Source of the DNA: Bugula neritina
Lineage: Eukaryota > Animalia > Bryozoa
Direction of reading: 5' to 3'
NCBI GenBank assembly: GCA_964035545.1
Contig: OZ037767.1
Location: 1,189,680 to 1,253,679 of the forward strand
Length of the DNA: 64,000 bases
Shown piece after piece: positions 62,001 to 64,000 of the stretch (position 1 is the stretch's first letter; every line of letters starts with the position of its first letter). The position numbers and the translations under genes were made by a program. The notes beneath the pieces were generated by a model. The model had not been told where the DNA came from. It worked only from the letters and a program-made list of their open reading frames with translations, and did not search any database.

Positions 62001-62346
62001 ACCTTTTTACTTTTCAACAATCTATATAATAATATTTAATATTGATTTATATATACTTCTTATTGTCTAGTAACTAGTTAATGTGTTGCTATAGTTTAGT
62101 CTTAGTAAATAACGTAAATTTTCAGCCTTCTATACTAAAATAGCAAATTGCATGCATACACATTCATAATAAGCAATGCAAAATCAACTCTATTTTTAGG
62201 AATATGTTGATGAATTGATTAAAAAAGGTCACAAAATGGAGTTCCACACGTCCAACATTCCCGCCAGTGAATCAGTTGGTGTTTACGAGGAAAGTATCTT
62301 AGGAGTTAGTGATTTCAGACGCCAAGGGGCTGCAGACGGATTTTAA
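56046..62346 (+). CDS. GGT: Gamma-glutamyltranspeptidase / glutathione hydrolase family proenzyme (type II membrane anchor), about 12 exons
   Basis: N-terminal TM (AALYLLVVLIVVAIILACAAIIV); CSTIG..GSGIDAMIA..CLGV..SSGVGGGGF; DYRDTAP; SIAVPGEIAG..FGKLNWSRLFEPSIELA; GPETFYNG; PPPSGG; EAVKFAYASR..LGD; GT nucleophile (ACC 61124); TTINY; NNLMDDFS; PGKRPLSSMSP; GGSGGSKI; SDFRRQGAADGF* ending at 62346. Confidence 0.95.
57815..58300. repeat. 38-bp minisatellite (ctattagctgtataagtattatagtagaagtatatata), about 12.5 units
   Basis: Directly visible in a GGT intron. Confidence 0.97.
60416..60890. repeat. ~26-bp minisatellite (ttagttgacatgtgacaggtgagcta) starting at a GGT splice donor
   Basis: First unit overlaps the exon end gatgtgtcagag|gtgagttagtagttga. 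Confidence 0.92.
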
Positions 62347-62799
62347 CTTCAAATAAACCTTGCATCATGCCACTAGAATATATTTTGCTTTAAAATAGAA
62401 TATTTTATATGTAATATGTATTCACCTTTTGTGCCATTTTATTATACTGTAGCATATTATGCATGCATTATAATATTTCTTACTATTTTACTTCTATGAG
62501 GTAAAAAGTAAAATTTATAATTATTTACAGCTAGAAGAGGTTTTTTAATAATCAAATGGGTTGTGGATACTAAGATTAGTAAAGGTTATGTAGCGGCCGC
62601 TTATATGTTTTGGTGTTGATAGTACTTTATTGGAGTCGTAAGTCTCGACTGATGCCATAAGGCAACGTGAAAACTATAATAGTAATATGTGAAGCAACAT
62701 GTTAGTAAAAATATACAAAGATGTATAATAAGTCACCAAGTTATTGTCAAACAATTAAGATTTCATATTCTATTAAAATGCAGAATTTAAACATTTTTC

Positions 62800-63610
62800 T
62801 GTTGAGTAGTCCACATTATCACAGAGCTAATGGAGCATCTGAGCGAGGGGTAAGGGCCATCAAAAGCATGCTTGCAAAAGAAAAAGATTCTTATTTGGCT
62901 TTGTTAGCCTATAGATCATCACCGCAGTTCAGCTCATACTCTCCAGTAGATTTGTTAATGGGTAGAAAATTGAGATCCACTGTACCCATTTATCCGGATA
63001 AGCTTAAACCTGAACTCCCTAACCATGATTTATTCAAAAGGAGCAATGATCAGTATAAAGAGAAAAGGAAAGAATATCATGACAAAAATCCTAAAGTACG
63101 CCGTCTGTTGCCACTAAATAAAGGAGACAATGTGATGGTGAGAGATATGCAAAGAGAAGGCTATGCTGCCTCGTCTTCAGATAATATTACTCGTCGAACA
63201 AATGTCATGACTGACACTGGATCTTTAATACGTAACAGAGCTGATATAACTAATATCCCAACACGATGTTCTGATCGAACAAGAAAAGTGCCACGCTACT
63301 TAACAGATTTTAATTGCACATAATTTATTATCCACGCTTGTAGCATAAGTTGCACTCGATTTAATTTCTGTTGTCAAACCGTTTCTTTTGTGTCTTATTT
63401 TTTGTAGCCTGAAACTAAAGAGGGGATGCTGTAATATTTACACAGTTTATGTAAACTTGGAGTTACCTTTTCTTGATGTTTTAGCTGATCAATTAATATT
63501 CTGTTTTTGAAAAATATAGTCACTTCCTGTTCGACAAATTGTAGTGCTTGATTAAAACAATTTGAAGATGAAAATTAATTCACTAATAATTGCTAGATAA
63601 ATAGACATCA
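62800..63610 (+). mobile_element. Gypsy LTR retrotransposon relic: integrase C-terminus, PPT and 3' LTR
   Basis: SSPHYHRANGASERGVRAIKSML..LALLAYRSSP..SPVDLLMGRKLRS..GDNVMVRD..RNR..R.RKVPRYLTDF* (ends 63323). Purine tract aaagagggga 63417-63426. Candidate LTR TGCTGTAATATTTA..TAAATAGACATCA 63427-63610. Confidence 0.85.
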
Positions 63611-63639
63611 AAAGAATGAAACAGTTGGGTTTGTATAAA

Positions 63640-64000
63640 ATAAAGAAACATTCCCATAGGCATAAATTACACCTTTTGGTAATTGTGTTGTATGGTTTCG
63701 CTTTCCTTAATATTTTTTCCAACCCAAATGATGTTTAATGTTTTTGCTAGTTAGTTGCCAAATGTATTTGCTAAGTTCTGAATGATTTGCTATTTCCTTG
63801 TTTTTGAATGATGATTTGTGGTTTGCGTATCTTAGTTTGAACGGTCCTTCACTTAGGCCAATGTATGTGGCAGGTTCGTTTTCGGTGGTTTCCACAGTTG
63901 CTTGGTATATAACTCTGCTCTCCTGGCAGTTTCCTTTCAGTGGACAACTTTCTTTTTCTCTGCAGTTGCAGTTTTTTCTGGGGGTTTTGAACTTGTAGGA
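63640..64000 (-). mobile_element. Penelope-like retroelement relic, GIY-YIG endonuclease
   Basis: CNCREKESCPLKGNCQESRVIYQATVET..YIGLSEGPFKLRYANHKSSF..SELSKYIWQL..W, frameshift near 63710, then AKPYNTITKRCNLCLWE. Continues past the window end. Confidence 0.88.

Overview
AT-rich, intron-rich animal (invertebrate-like) genomic DNA; the species cannot be established from the sequence. The window is mostly a tandem array of four + strand secreted animal heme peroxidase genes (peroxidase-cyclooxygenase superfamily): A (3' end only, 26-2081), B (8211-15899), C (25180-33945) and the more divergent D (42568-53838). A, B and C are each followed by a small orphan gene for a secreted, very acidic Thr/Glu/Asp/Met-rich protein (decayed after A, intact after B and C). 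The duplicated unit is therefore a peroxidase + acidic Met-rich protein pair (about 3.3-19.3 kb copied to about 22.1-37.5 kb, with an inverted-repeat element at the junction). B, C and D keep the distal Gln/His/Arg and proximal His but lack both acidic residues that ester-link the heme in myeloperoxidase. All four carry a C-terminal thrombospondin-1-like Cys module. A truncated PIF/Harbinger transposon (MADF gene + transposase) separates C from D. Downstream are orphan exon relics (GalNAc-transferase-like, arylsulfatase-like), a complete gamma-glutamyltranspeptidase gene with unusual substrate-pocket residues (56046-62346), a Gypsy integrase/LTR relic and a Penelope-like GIY-YIG relic. There are many minisatellites, several starting at splice sites, and a tRNA-derived SINE family. 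Gene models were spliced by eye from GT-AG signals and frame continuity, without transcript evidence.
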